A stretch of 64,000 bases of DNA from an uncultured Actinomycetota bacterium (GTDB lineage: Bacteria > Actinomycetota > Acidimicrobiia > Acidimicrobiales > Palsa-688): positions 9,444-73,443 of the forward strand of contig CAWKNP010000012.1 of assembly GCA_963851105.1 (NCBI GenBank), written 5' to 3'. The position numbers were made by a program, and so were the translations under genes. Numbering within the stretch: position 1 is the first letter of the stretch; each line of letters starts with the position of its first letter. The notes below the pieces were generated by a model. It saw nothing but the letters and a program-made list of their open reading frames with translations, did not search any database and had not been told where the DNA came from. Shown one piece after another: positions 37,040-45,525 of the stretch.

Positions 37040-38053
37040 ATGACGGCACGACGCCCGCGTCATGAAGTGGAGGGCCGCCGAACGGTGTCGGCCGCCCGCG
37101 CCATCGCCGTCTCCCTCCTCGGCATGTTGATCGCCGCCATGTTGAACGCTGACTCGATGGTTGCGACCATCGAGGGTCAGTCGTTCGGCACCTCCCGTTC
37201 AGTCAGCCTGGCTCTCGCCAGGCCGGTGCGCAGCATCAGCCACTGGACGGGACTGAACCTCCCGAGGAAGCTGATCGACGACACCGTAAGCCCGCACCAT
37301 TCTGTTCCCGTGGCGGTGACGCTTCCCCGGCGTGGCGCGCCAACCACCACACCGGCCGACGCCGGGCCGGTTGCGTCGACCACCACGACCCTCCCGCCCC
37401 GGCGAATGCCAACCGCGGCCCAGCCACTCAAAGTCTGGCTGGCCGGCGATTCGCTGATGGGGACCGTCGCAGAATCCTTCGCCGAGAAGGCAGGAGGCAA
37501 CGCCCTCCTCCAAGCCGGCCAGGAGTTCCGTATCGGCACCGGCCTGGCCCGACCCGACGTCTACGACTGGCCGGGCGCCATCAGCCACGAAGCGGCCACT
37601 GCCAACCCCGACGTGATGATCCTGGTGTTCGGGGCGAACGACGACCAGGACATGAGTGTGAACGGGCATCGTGTCTCTCTGCAGAGCGCGGAATGGCAAC
37701 AGGAGTACAGCCGCCGCGTCAACCAGATCCTCGATGTCGCGGCCAACGGAGTCCGTCAGGTCATCTGGCTTGGCCTGCCGGCGGTGCGTCGGCCCCGCCT
37801 CAACCAGACGAAAGACCTCATCAACGCCGCGGTCAAGGCAGCCGCGGCCGAACATCCCAATGTCACCTATCTCGATCTGGGACCGCTCATCGACGGGCCC
37901 GGCAACAGCTTCGCCACCTACCTGACCAACTCCAGTGGCAAGGCCGTCACGGTCCGGGAGTCCGACGGCATTCACATCACCAAGGCGGGCGCCGACCTGG
38001 TGACACCCACCATCCTGGCTGACATCAACCAGCTCTGGCACCTGCCCCACTGA
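37040..38053 (+). CDS. SGNH/GDSL-like hydrolase (PatB/AlgJ-like O-acetyltransferase partner), exported
   Basis: 'KVWLAGDSLMG' (GDS block I), 'VFGANDD' (block III), 'DGIHIT' (block V). N-terminal transmembrane or signal segment. ATG is 8 nt after the MBOAT stop. Confidence 0.7.
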   Translation: MTARRPRHEVEGRRTVSAARAIAVSLLGMLIAAMLNADSMVATIEGQSFGTSRSVSLALARPVRSISHWTGLNLPRKLIDDTVSPHHSVPVAVTLPRRGAPTTTPADAGPVASTTTTLPPRRMPTAAQPLKVWLAGDSLMGTVAESFAEKAGGNALLQAGQEFRIGTGLARPDVYDWPGAISHEAATANPDVMILVFGANDDQDMSVNGHRVSLQSAEWQQEYSRRVNQILDVAANGVRQVIWLGLPAVRRPRLNQTKDLINAAVKAAAAEHPNVTYLDLGPLIDGPGNSFATYLTNSSGKAVTVRESDGIHITKAGADLVTPTILADINQLWHLPH

Positions 38054-38060
38054 CTCGGCG

Positions 38061-39347
38061 CTAGTGCTCGGGGGCGACGACGATCGTCGCGGGGAAACCG
38101 AGGTCGAGCACAGGCGTGTTGATGTCCTCGAGTTCCCGGCCGCGGGTTTCCGGGAAGAACCGAGCCACGATCACGATCACGCCAATAGGGCCGAGGATGA
38201 GGACGGCCACCACGTCGGGCAGGTTGCCGAAGACCCGCAGCAAGATGCCGCCGAGGGCCAGGCTCATGACCTCGCCGATCACGAGGGCGACGGACACCGC
38301 GGCGCCGCCGAAGGCCCGCATCGGGGTGGTGAACAACTCCGACGTGAACGCCCCAAGCGCCGGCCGGGCGCCGAGACTGCCGCTGAGGGTCAAGGCGATG
38401 GCGCCGCCGAACTCGATCGGTGTCCGGGCCACGAAGAAGAACAGCAGGGCCCCGATCACCGCCAGAGCTGCGAAGGAACAACCGACCACTTTTCTCCCGT
38501 AATGGTCGGACATTGGTCCCGCGGCCAACTGGACAAAGATCGCAGGCATACCACCGATGGTGACCAACCAGCCAACTGTCGCGGGCGTCAGGTGACGTTG
38601 CGTCTGCAGGAAGTCCGGAGCCAGCGCCACCGCGTGGGTGGTCAGCGCCCCGAGGACCGCGGTCGCCCACAACAGCATGAGCCAGCGGCGGTTGGGCGGC
38701 TGCAGGATCTGGCGCCATCGCTCCACCAGCAGGCCTTGGCGTTTGGCCTCGACGAAGCGCCGGCTCTCCGGTAGGCGCCGGCGCAGCACGGCGAGACCGA
38801 GCAGGGGGGGTGCGGCCAGCGCGTAGAGCCACCGCCACGACAGCCCCACGGGGCCGTACAGGATCGAGCTGGTCCCGACGCCGAGGGCCGCCATGGTGGC
38901 CAGCCAGCCGAAGCCGAGTCCGCGCGACGACGCCGGCAGTTCCTCGGCCACCATGGTCCACGCCACCGCCTGCTCGGCGCCGAGGAAGCCGCGGGCGAAG
39001 AACTGGCAGGCCGCGAAGACCGCGATGCTCGGGGCGAGGGCGGTGAAGCCGGTGGCGACCGAGTAGCCGAGCACCGACACGAGCAGGACGGTGCGCCGAC
39101 CCCGCCGGTCCGCCTGGCGGGTGAGGAGGATGGCGGGCAGGGCACCGAGATAGAGGACGCCCAGCCACAGCGATGCTCCCGACTGCGTGAGCCCGAACGA
39201 AGCGCGGATCTGTTTGAGGGCCACCGAGACCAGGTTGAGGTCGTAGCCCTGGAAGAACGACGCCCCCCCGAGCAGGGTCAACAGGAACCAGTGGTGCCGG
39301 TCGAGCCGACCCGCCGTGGCCCGAATTGTTTGCACGCTGCCGAGCAT
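38061..39347 (-). CDS. MFS transporter
   Basis: Twelve hydrophobic segments, 428 aa, 'GRRTVLLVSVLGY' loop 2-3 signature. Confidence 0.85.
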   Translation of the reverse strand: MLGSVQTIRATAGRLDRHHWFLLTLLGGASFFQGYDLNLVSVALKQIRASFGLTQSGASLWLGVLYLGALPAILLTRQADRRGRRTVLLVSVLGYSVATGFTALAPSIAVFAACQFFARGFLGAEQAVAWTMVAEELPASSRGLGFGWLATMAALGVGTSSILYGPVGLSWRWLYALAAPPLLGLAVLRRRLPESRRFVEAKRQGLLVERWRQILQPPNRRWLMLLWATAVLGALTTHAVALAPDFLQTQRHLTPATVGWLVTIGGMPAIFVQLAAGPMSDHYGRKVVGCSFAALAVIGALLFFFVARTPIEFGGAIALTLSGSLGARPALGAFTSELFTTPMRAFGGAAVSVALVIGEVMSLALGGILLRVFGNLPDVVAVLILGPIGVIVIVARFFPETRGRELEDINTPVLDLGFPATIVVAPEH

Positions 39348-39400
39348 GGTCGAATTCCGGCGCCAAGAGTGACCGACCCCGCAGGGGTACGGTCAATCCG

Positions 39401-40240
39401 ATGGCCGTGGGAGACCAGAGCCAACCGGCGCCCGGGTGGTACCCCGATCCCGCCGGTCAGGTCGCGGTCCGCTGGTGGGACGGTCGCTCCTGGACCCCGG
39501 CCGTGGCCCCGTACCCACCGCCGGGTAGCGATCCGACGCCCGGCGCTGAGCGGCGCCTGTTTCCCGCTCACGCCGGGTGGCTCGGCGTAGCGGGCGTCCT
39601 CTTCGGACTGTTCGCCGGCGGGATCCTGCAGATTGTGGCCTCGGTCATCGTTCCCGGGAGCACAGCGGCGCAGATCCTGGTCGGCGAGCTGGGCCTATGG
39701 CTCGGGTTGGGGGCAACCTGCGTGGTGGCCAGCCACCGCTACGGGACGGCCTCGCTGAGCCGGGATTTCCAATGGCGGGTCCGGGTAGTCGATCTGGCCT
39801 ACGGGCCCCTCGCGGCGGTGGCCTGCGTGGTAGTGGCCGGGTTGATCGGGGGCGCCTTCCAGGGCACCCGCTTCTCGGGAAGCAACACCGACATCATCAC
39901 CAGCCAGCGGGGGAACACCGTCGGCGTCGCTGTTGTTACCGTAATTGCCGCCGTCGGAGCGCCGGTGTTCGAAGAGCTGTTCTTCCGGGGCTTTCTACGT
40001 ACCAGTCTGGCCAGTCGTCTCGGCTCGGGAGCTATATGGGCGCAGGCCATACTCTTCGGATTCGCCCACTACCAGTTCGGCCTCGGGCTCGGGAACGTAT
40101 CGGTTGTCACCGCGACCGCCGGCATCGGGGTGGTGCTCGGCTACACCGCCCATCTGACCCGCCGACTGGGCGCGGGGACCATTGCCCACGGATTGTTCAA
40201 CCTCTTTGTGACCCTTAGCATCATTGGAGTAATTCGATGA
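39401..40240 (+). CDS. CPBP-family (CAAX/Abi) intramembrane metalloprotease with N-terminal DUF2510-like segment
   Basis: 'PGWYPDPAGQVAVRWWDGRSW', then 'EELFFRGFL', 'FGFAHY', 'HGLFN' motifs. Confidence 0.8.
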   Translation: MAVGDQSQPAPGWYPDPAGQVAVRWWDGRSWTPAVAPYPPPGSDPTPGAERRLFPAHAGWLGVAGVLFGLFAGGILQIVASVIVPGSTAAQILVGELGLWLGLGATCVVASHRYGTASLSRDFQWRVRVVDLAYGPLAAVACVVVAGLIGGAFQGTRFSGSNTDIITSQRGNTVGVAVVTVIAAVGAPVFEELFFRGFLRTSLASRLGSGAIWAQAILFGFAHYQFGLGLGNVSVVTATAGIGVVLGYTAHLTRRLGAGTIAHGLFNLFVTLSIIGVIR

Positions 40241-40971
40241 CCACCTCTACCCCGACCTCCTCGACCCGACCCCAGCCTCCGGAGTCGCATCACCGTGACA
40301 TCCAGGGAGGCGCGGCGCGCGCCGCCGTCCTTGGCGTGAGCGACGGCCTGGTCACCAACGTCTCGCTCATCTTGGGCATCGCAGGCGCCAACACCGCCCC
40401 AGGAACGGTTCGCCTCGCCGGCCTGGCGGGGATGTTGGCCGGCGCCTTCTCCATGGCGGCCGGCGAGTATGTGTCGATGAAGGCCCAGACCGAGCTGCTC
40501 GAACGGGAGCTCGAGATGGAACGACTCGAGTTGCACCGTTCCCCCGAGGCCGAGCAGGCGGAGCTGGCCCAGCTCTACGAATCCCGGGGCGTCGATCCCG
40601 ACACCGCGGGCGAGCTGGCGTCGGAAATGATGCGCACGCCCGAGCTCGCGCTCGAGACCCACGCCCGAGAGGAGCTGGGCGTCGACCCTACTTCCCTCGG
40701 AAACCCCTACCAGGCCGCAATCGCGTCGGCGGCCAGCTTCGGCGTGGGCGCGATCGTGCCGCTCATGCCTTGGTTCTTCATCAATGGCACCGGGGCCGTG
40801 TTCATCTCCGTGGTACTGGGGGCGGTGGCCGCAGTCATGATCGGCTCCGCCCTGGCCCGCTACACCGGACGTTCGTGGGTGCGCAGCGCGGCGCGGCAGC
40901 TCTTCGTCACCGTCGCAGCCGCCGGCGTCACCTACGGTCTCGGCGCGTTAGTGGGGACCAGCATCAGCTAG
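40237..40971 (+). CDS. VIT1/CCC1-family iron/manganese transporter
   Basis: 'GAARAAVLGVSDGLVTNVSLILGIAGA' N-terminal signature and five transmembrane segments. ATGA overlap with the upstream stop. Confidence 0.85.
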   Translation: MTTSTPTSSTRPQPPESHHRDIQGGAARAAVLGVSDGLVTNVSLILGIAGANTAPGTVRLAGLAGMLAGAFSMAAGEYVSMKAQTELLERELEMERLELHRSPEAEQAELAQLYESRGVDPDTAGELASEMMRTPELALETHAREELGVDPTSLGNPYQAAIASAASFGVGAIVPLMPWFFINGTGAVFISVVLGAVAAVMIGSALARYTGRSWVRSAARQLFVTVAAAGVTYGLGALVGTSIS

Positions 40972-40986
40972 CGCTGCCCGCCCCAA

Positions 40987-41036
40987 CCCAATGTGCTGTG
41001 AAACGACGTAATACCGTCGTTTCGCAGCACTTTGGC
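40987..41036. repeat. 49-bp imperfect palindrome, copy 2 (between convergent VIT and MscS genes)
   Basis: CCAATGTGCTGTGAAACGACG-TAATACC-GTCGTTTCGCAGCACTTTGGC. Loop identical to copy 1. Confidence 0.8.
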
Positions 41037-41039
41037 TCG

Positions 41040-42194
41040 CTAGGCCCTCCCGGGAGGCCGCTCCCCCGGAGGAGGCGTGGCCGCCGGCGGCGCCTCCCCG
41101 GACCCCGCAGCCGCAGCTTCCGAGGCCTCCCCGGGCCCCCCCGGCGCAGCCGCGGCCTCCCCGGGCGCAGCAGCCGCCGCCGCCGCAGCCGCCGCCGCTG
41201 CTTCCACGGGCGCCCCAGCCGCACCCGCAGCCGCAGTGTCCTCGGGGTCGCCGGCGCCGGCGCCGCCCGCACTGGGGACCCACGCCACTTCCTCGCGCCG
41301 GAGGCGCTCGATGATGCGCCCCCGCAAGGCCCGGGCAATGGCGGCGTTGTTGCCCACCGCCGACTTGGCCACGATGCGGATGGTGACGCCGTCGGCCGCG
41401 ACACCCTGGACCCCGAGCACCGCCGGCGGCTCGAGGATCTTGCCCTCCCATTCCGGGTCTCGGGCAAACGCCGCCCCCTCCTCCGCCGCCAGTGCCTGGA
41501 CCCGGTCGAGGTCGGTGCCCGGGGGGACGACGACGTCGACGATCGCCTGGCTGAAGCCCTCGGAGCTGTTGCCGACCTTGCGGATCTCGCCGTTGGCGAT
41601 GTACCAGACGGTCCCGTCGACCGCCCGCACCCGGGTGGTGCGCAGGTTGAGCCCCTCCACGGTGCCATTGACGTCGTTGGTCGTGATGGTGTCGCCCACG
41701 CCGTACTGGTCCTCGATCACGATGAGGAGGCCCGAGAGGAAGTCCTTGACCAGCGACTGGGCACCGAAGCCGACAGCCGCGCCGATGACCGTGGCGGTGG
41801 CCACGAAGGGCCCCAGGTTGATCCCGATGACCCCGAGGATCGTGAGGAAGGCGATCACCCAGACGATCGTGCGGAAGACGTCGCCGAGCACCGTTGCGAC
41901 GGTGCTCGCCCGCTCGGTGGCCCGCACCGACGTCAGGCGAGCCGGCGCCCGCAGTTGCAGCGCCCGGATCAGCCGTCGTACCGCTCGCGGCACCAATCGG
42001 GTGACGAGCCAGGCGCTGAACACCACCACGACGATGCGGAACGGCCCCACCGACAGCGCCTGGACGGTGTGGGCGGTGGTGTCGGACACACCGTGGTCGT
42101 GCAGGAACTGATAGATCGATCCGCCTGACGATGGGGCGGCGAGCAGCATCAGCGGATGGTACCGGGTCCAATTCCTGAGTGGTTGGGTCGACAT
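41040..42194 (-). CDS. MscS-family mechanosensitive channel with Ala-rich C-terminal tail
   Basis: Transmembrane region plus 'GFGAQSLVKDFLSGLLIVIEDQYGVGDTI' MscS pore/beta-domain signature. Start chosen at 'MSTQPL'; the track ORF extends to 42233. Confidence 0.85.
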   Translation of the reverse strand: MSTQPLRNWTRYHPLMLLAAPSSGGSIYQFLHDHGVSDTTAHTVQALSVGPFRIVVVVFSAWLVTRLVPRAVRRLIRALQLRAPARLTSVRATERASTVATVLGDVFRTIVWVIAFLTILGVIGINLGPFVATATVIGAAVGFGAQSLVKDFLSGLLIVIEDQYGVGDTITTNDVNGTVEGLNLRTTRVRAVDGTVWYIANGEIRKVGNSSEGFSQAIVDVVVPPGTDLDRVQALAAEEGAAFARDPEWEGKILEPPAVLGVQGVAADGVTIRIVAKSAVGNNAAIARALRGRIIERLRREEVAWVPSAGGAGAGDPEDTAAAGAAGAPVEAAAAAAAAAAAAPGEAAAAPGGPGEASEAAAAGSGEAPPAATPPPGERPPGRA

Positions 42195-42264
42195 TTCACG
42201 GCGTCGCCTATAGGCTGGAAACCAAACAAGCAATCAGACGACCCTCTTGAGGAGGAATCACCGA

Positions 42265-42900
42265 ATGGCAATTCAGCTCGGAGACGTAGCCCCCGACTTC
42301 ACCACCGACACCACCGAGGGGACCATCGTGTTCCACGAATGGCTCGGCGACGGATGGGGCGTGCTCTTCTCCCACCCGAAGGACTTCACCCCGGTTTGCA
42401 CCACCGAGCTCGGCGCGGTCGCCAAGCTGAGCGACGAGTTCGCCAAGCGCAACACCAAGGTCGTGGCCATCAGCGTCGACCCGCTCGAATCCCATCAGCG
42501 CTGGATCTCCGACATCAACGAGACCCAGGACACCAACGTCAACTTCCCGATCATCGCCGACCCGGACAAGAAGGTCGCCGACCTTTACGGGATGATCCAC
42601 CCCAATGCCAGCGACACCGCAACCGTCCGCTCGGTCTTCATCATCGGCCCGGACAAGAAGGTCAAGCTGACCCTTACCTACCCCGCCAGCACGGGCCGCA
42701 ACTTCCAGGAGCTGCTGCGGGTCCTCGACTCCCTGCAGCTCACCGCCGGCTACTCGGTCGCCACGCCGGCCGACTGGAAGAACGGGGAGGATGTCATCAT
42801 CGTCCCCGCCGTCTCCGACGAGGCTGCCAAGGACAAGTTCCCCAAGGGCTGGGAGGCCAAGAAGCCCTACCTGCGCATCACGCCGCAGCCCAACCTGTAG
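42265..42900 (+). CDS. 1-Cys peroxiredoxin (AhpC/TSA family, Prx6-like)
   Basis: 'DFTPVCTTE' peroxidatic-Cys motif. GAGGAGG RBS 7 nt before the ATG. Confidence 0.9.
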   Translation: MAIQLGDVAPDFTTDTTEGTIVFHEWLGDGWGVLFSHPKDFTPVCTTELGAVAKLSDEFAKRNTKVVAISVDPLESHQRWISDINETQDTNVNFPIIADPDKKVADLYGMIHPNASDTATVRSVFIIGPDKKVKLTLTYPASTGRNFQELLRVLDSLQLTAGYSVATPADWKNGEDVIIVPAVSDEAAKDKFPKGWEAKKPYLRITPQPNL

Positions 42901-42924
42901 TCACACCGCCGTCGTATCGTCAAG

Positions 42925-42950
42925 GGGGCCGGTCCGAGAGGGCCGGCCCC
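42925..42950 (+). terminator. GC-rich hairpin (11-bp stem, GAGA tetraloop) between peroxiredoxin and thiolase genes
   Basis: GGGGCCGGTCC-GAGA-GGGCCGGCCCC. No clear U-tract, so terminator versus attenuator is uncertain. Confidence 0.4.
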
Positions 42951-42974
42951 TTACACGTTCCCGAGGAGGGCTCC

Positions 42975-44174
42975 ATGCCGAGCGCGGTAATTGTCGATGC
43001 GGTCCGTACCGCCGGCGGCAAGCGCAACGGGAAGCTGTCCGGTTGGCATCCCGCCGACCTGGCCGCCGAGACCCTGAAAGCGCTGGTCGAGCGCAACGAC
43101 CTCGACCCTGCCCTCATCGACGACGTGATCATGGGCTGCGTCATGCAGATCGGGGCTCAGGGCGTCAACGTGGCCCGCAACGCGGTGCTGGCCGCGGGCT
43201 TCCCCGAGTCGGTGCCCGCCACGACGATCGACCGGCAGTGCGGGTCGTCGCAACAGAGCGTCCATTTCGCCGCCCAGGGAGTCATGGCCGGCGCCTACGA
43301 CATCGTGATCGCGGCGGGCGTCGAGGTCATGAGCCTGGTCCCCATGGGGGCGACCATGTTCGCGCCCGGCACCGGCATCCCCTTCGGGCCCAAGATGATG
43401 GCCCGCTACGAGGCCGTTGGCGGCCTCGTGCCCCAGGGAATCTCGGCCGAGCTGATGGCCGACAAGTGGGATCTGACCCGCGCCGACCTCGACGCCTACA
43501 GCGCCCGCAGCCATCAGCGGGCGCAGGCGGCGACCATCGAGGGGCGCTTCGAACGCGAGATCATCCCGGTGGCGGTCAAGGCCCGGGACAAAGAGACCGG
43601 CCAGGTCATCGAACCCGACGCCATGCTGGCCCGCGACGAGGGCATCCGTCCCGACACGACCGTCGAGACGCTGGCCAACCTGCGGGCCGCCTTCAAGCCC
43701 GACGGGGGCAAGGTGACTGCGGGCAACTCCTCGCAGATCACCGACGGCGCCTCGGCGGCGCTCATCATGAGCGAGGAGCGCGCCGCCGCCGGTGGCTACA
43801 CGCCGCGGGCCCGCTTCCACAGCTTCGCCCTGGCCGGCGCCGACCCGATCCTGATGCTCACCGCGCCCATCCCGGCCACAACGAGCGTGCTCGAGCGGGG
43901 GAAACTGCGTCTTGACGACATCGACCTGGTCGAGATCAACGAGGCGTTTGCGTCGGTGGTCTTGGCCTGGGAAAAGGAGCATCACCCCGACATGTCCCGG
44001 GTGAACGTGAACGGCGGCGCCATCGCCCTCGGCCATCCGCTGGGAGCGTCGGGAACCAAATTGCTGGCAACGCTGCTGAACGAGTTGGAGCGCCGCGGTG
44101 GCCGTTATGGCCTGCAGACCATGTGCGAGGGCGGCGGGCTGGCCAACGCCATGATCATCGAGCGCCTCGGCTGA
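42975..44174 (+). CDS. acetyl-CoA C-acyltransferase (thiolase)
   Basis: 'RQCGSSQQS' active-site Cys region, 'NGGAIALGHPLGASG' and 'CEGGG' C-terminal motifs. GAGGAGGG RBS. Confidence 0.9.
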   Translation: MPSAVIVDAVRTAGGKRNGKLSGWHPADLAAETLKALVERNDLDPALIDDVIMGCVMQIGAQGVNVARNAVLAAGFPESVPATTIDRQCGSSQQSVHFAAQGVMAGAYDIVIAAGVEVMSLVPMGATMFAPGTGIPFGPKMMARYEAVGGLVPQGISAELMADKWDLTRADLDAYSARSHQRAQAATIEGRFEREIIPVAVKARDKETGQVIEPDAMLARDEGIRPDTTVETLANLRAAFKPDGGKVTAGNSSQITDGASAALIMSEERAAAGGYTPRARFHSFALAGADPILMLTAPIPATTSVLERGKLRLDDIDLVEINEAFASVVLAWEKEHHPDMSRVNVNGGAIALGHPLGASGTKLLATLLNELERRGGRYGLQTMCEGGGLANAMIIERLG

Positions 44175-44215
44175 CGGTCCGCCTGGGTTGCCCACGGCCG
44201 TAGCCTGGTACTGGA

Positions 44216-44464
44216 ATGGTGCTCAAGGTCCTGGTCGCGGTGGTGGCATTTGTGGTCATCATCAAGGTTGGCGTGTTCTTCCTTCGGGCCCTGGCCACCC
44301 CGATACCGGTGCCCGATCCGGGCGAGCTACGAAAGGTCAACCTGAGGTACGAGTGCACCATCTGCGGGGCGCAGGTCAAGATGACCAAAGCGGGTGAGGA
44401 CCTGCCGCCGCCGCCGCGTCACTGCCTCGAGGACATGGAACTGAAGGCCCCTGCCATCGAGTAG
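44216..44464 (+). CDS. small membrane protein with CxxC...HC motif (hypothetical)
   Basis: N-terminal transmembrane segment 'VLKVLVAVVAFVVIIKVGVFF', then 'YECTICGAQ...PRHC'. Confidence 0.4.
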   Translation: MVLKVLVAVVAFVVIIKVGVFFLRALATPIPVPDPGELRKVNLRYECTICGAQVKMTKAGEDLPPPPRHCLEDMELKAPAIE

Positions 44465-44534
44465 TGGGGTTGTCCCCAGATTGGGGAAAACCTGGGGAGG
44501 GTAACACGCCTGTAACTTTGCGCTTACCTGGGTG

Positions 44535-44855
44535 TTACCGGTAGCGAGTGGCGGTAATGAAGCCGCAGGTGATCAATCCGAGCCCGACGAAGAGATAGGC
44601 GTTCTTGGCGCCCCCGGGCAACAGGCCCAGGTAATTGCACACGATGGTCAACATCCCGAGGACGAGGAACGCGAGCAGGAGGACGGGCACCCACTTCGGG
44701 CTTTCCTTGTAGTACTTCGGGGTGGGCGGGGTGTACCGGCCCGATACCGGTGCGGGAGCGCCACTCTTCGCCACCGGCCTGTTGCCCCCTTTGGGGGTCA
44801 CCCGGCCGCCCTTCGGCGTCGCCCGTCCCGGGGCGGTCTTGGTCCGTCTCGCCAT
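44535..44855 (-). CDS. crgA: cell-division protein CrgA-like (two-TM septation protein)
   Basis: Basic N-terminus 'MARRTKTAPGRATPKGG', 'YTPPTPKYYKESPKWVP', two transmembrane segments. Sits upstream of trpG-pknB. Start chosen at M33 of the track ORF. Confidence 0.65.
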   Translation of the reverse strand: MARRTKTAPGRATPKGGRVTPKGGNRPVAKSGAPAPVSGRYTPPTPKYYKESPKWVPVLLLAFLVLGMLTIVCNYLGLLPGGAKNAYLFVGLGLITCGFITATRYR

Positions 44856-44922
44856 ACGCCCGAGGATAGCCCTGACCCAAACTCGCCTGCGGGCGGGGAC
44901 GCCGCCACCTACGCTGCGAACC

Positions 44923-45525
44923 GTGTCCGCCCGGATCCTCGTCGTCGACAACTACGACAGTTTCGTCTACAACCTCGTGCAGTACCTGGGCGAGCTGGGC
45001 GCCGATCCGATCGTGTTCCGCCATGACGCCATCGACGCCGACGGCGTCGCCGCCATGACGCCGGCGGGAGTCCTCATCTCGCCGGGCCCTGGACGCCCGG
45101 AGGATGCCGGCGCCAGCAACGACGTGATCCTGGCGCTGGGCACCGCCGGTGTGCCGGTGCTCGGGGTTTGCCTCGGCCACCAGTGCATCGGCCAGATCTT
45201 CGGCGGTCGGGTTGTCCGGGCGAGGGCGGTCATGCATGGCAAGACCTCGCTCGTGCATCACAACGGCCAGGGCGTCCTGGCCGGCCTACCCGATCCCTTC
45301 CGGGCCACGCGGTACCACTCGCTGGTGGTCGACGCGGCGTCGGTGCCCCCCACCCTCGAGGTCACGGCGTGGACCGACGACGGCACCGTCATGGGCCTGC
45401 GCCACCGCGAGCTACCGATCGAAGGGGTGCAGTTCCACCCCGAGTCGATCCTCACCGACGAGGGCCACCGCCTGTTGGCCAACTGGCTGGCGCGCTGCGG
45501 CGCCGAGGTGCCTGCCGCCGGCTAA
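44923..45525 (+). CDS. trpG: anthranilate/aminodeoxychorismate synthase glutamine-amidotransferase component (TrpG/PabA)
   Basis: 'ILVVDNYDSFVYNLVQYL', catalytic 'GVCLGHQ', 'FHPES'. Confidence 0.85.
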   Translation: MSARILVVDNYDSFVYNLVQYLGELGADPIVFRHDAIDADGVAAMTPAGVLISPGPGRPEDAGASNDVILALGTAGVPVLGVCLGHQCIGQIFGGRVVRARAVMHGKTSLVHHNGQGVLAGLPDPFRATRYHSLVVDAASVPPTLEVTAWTDDGTVMGLRHRELPIEGVQFHPESILTDEGHRLLANWLARCGAEVPAAG

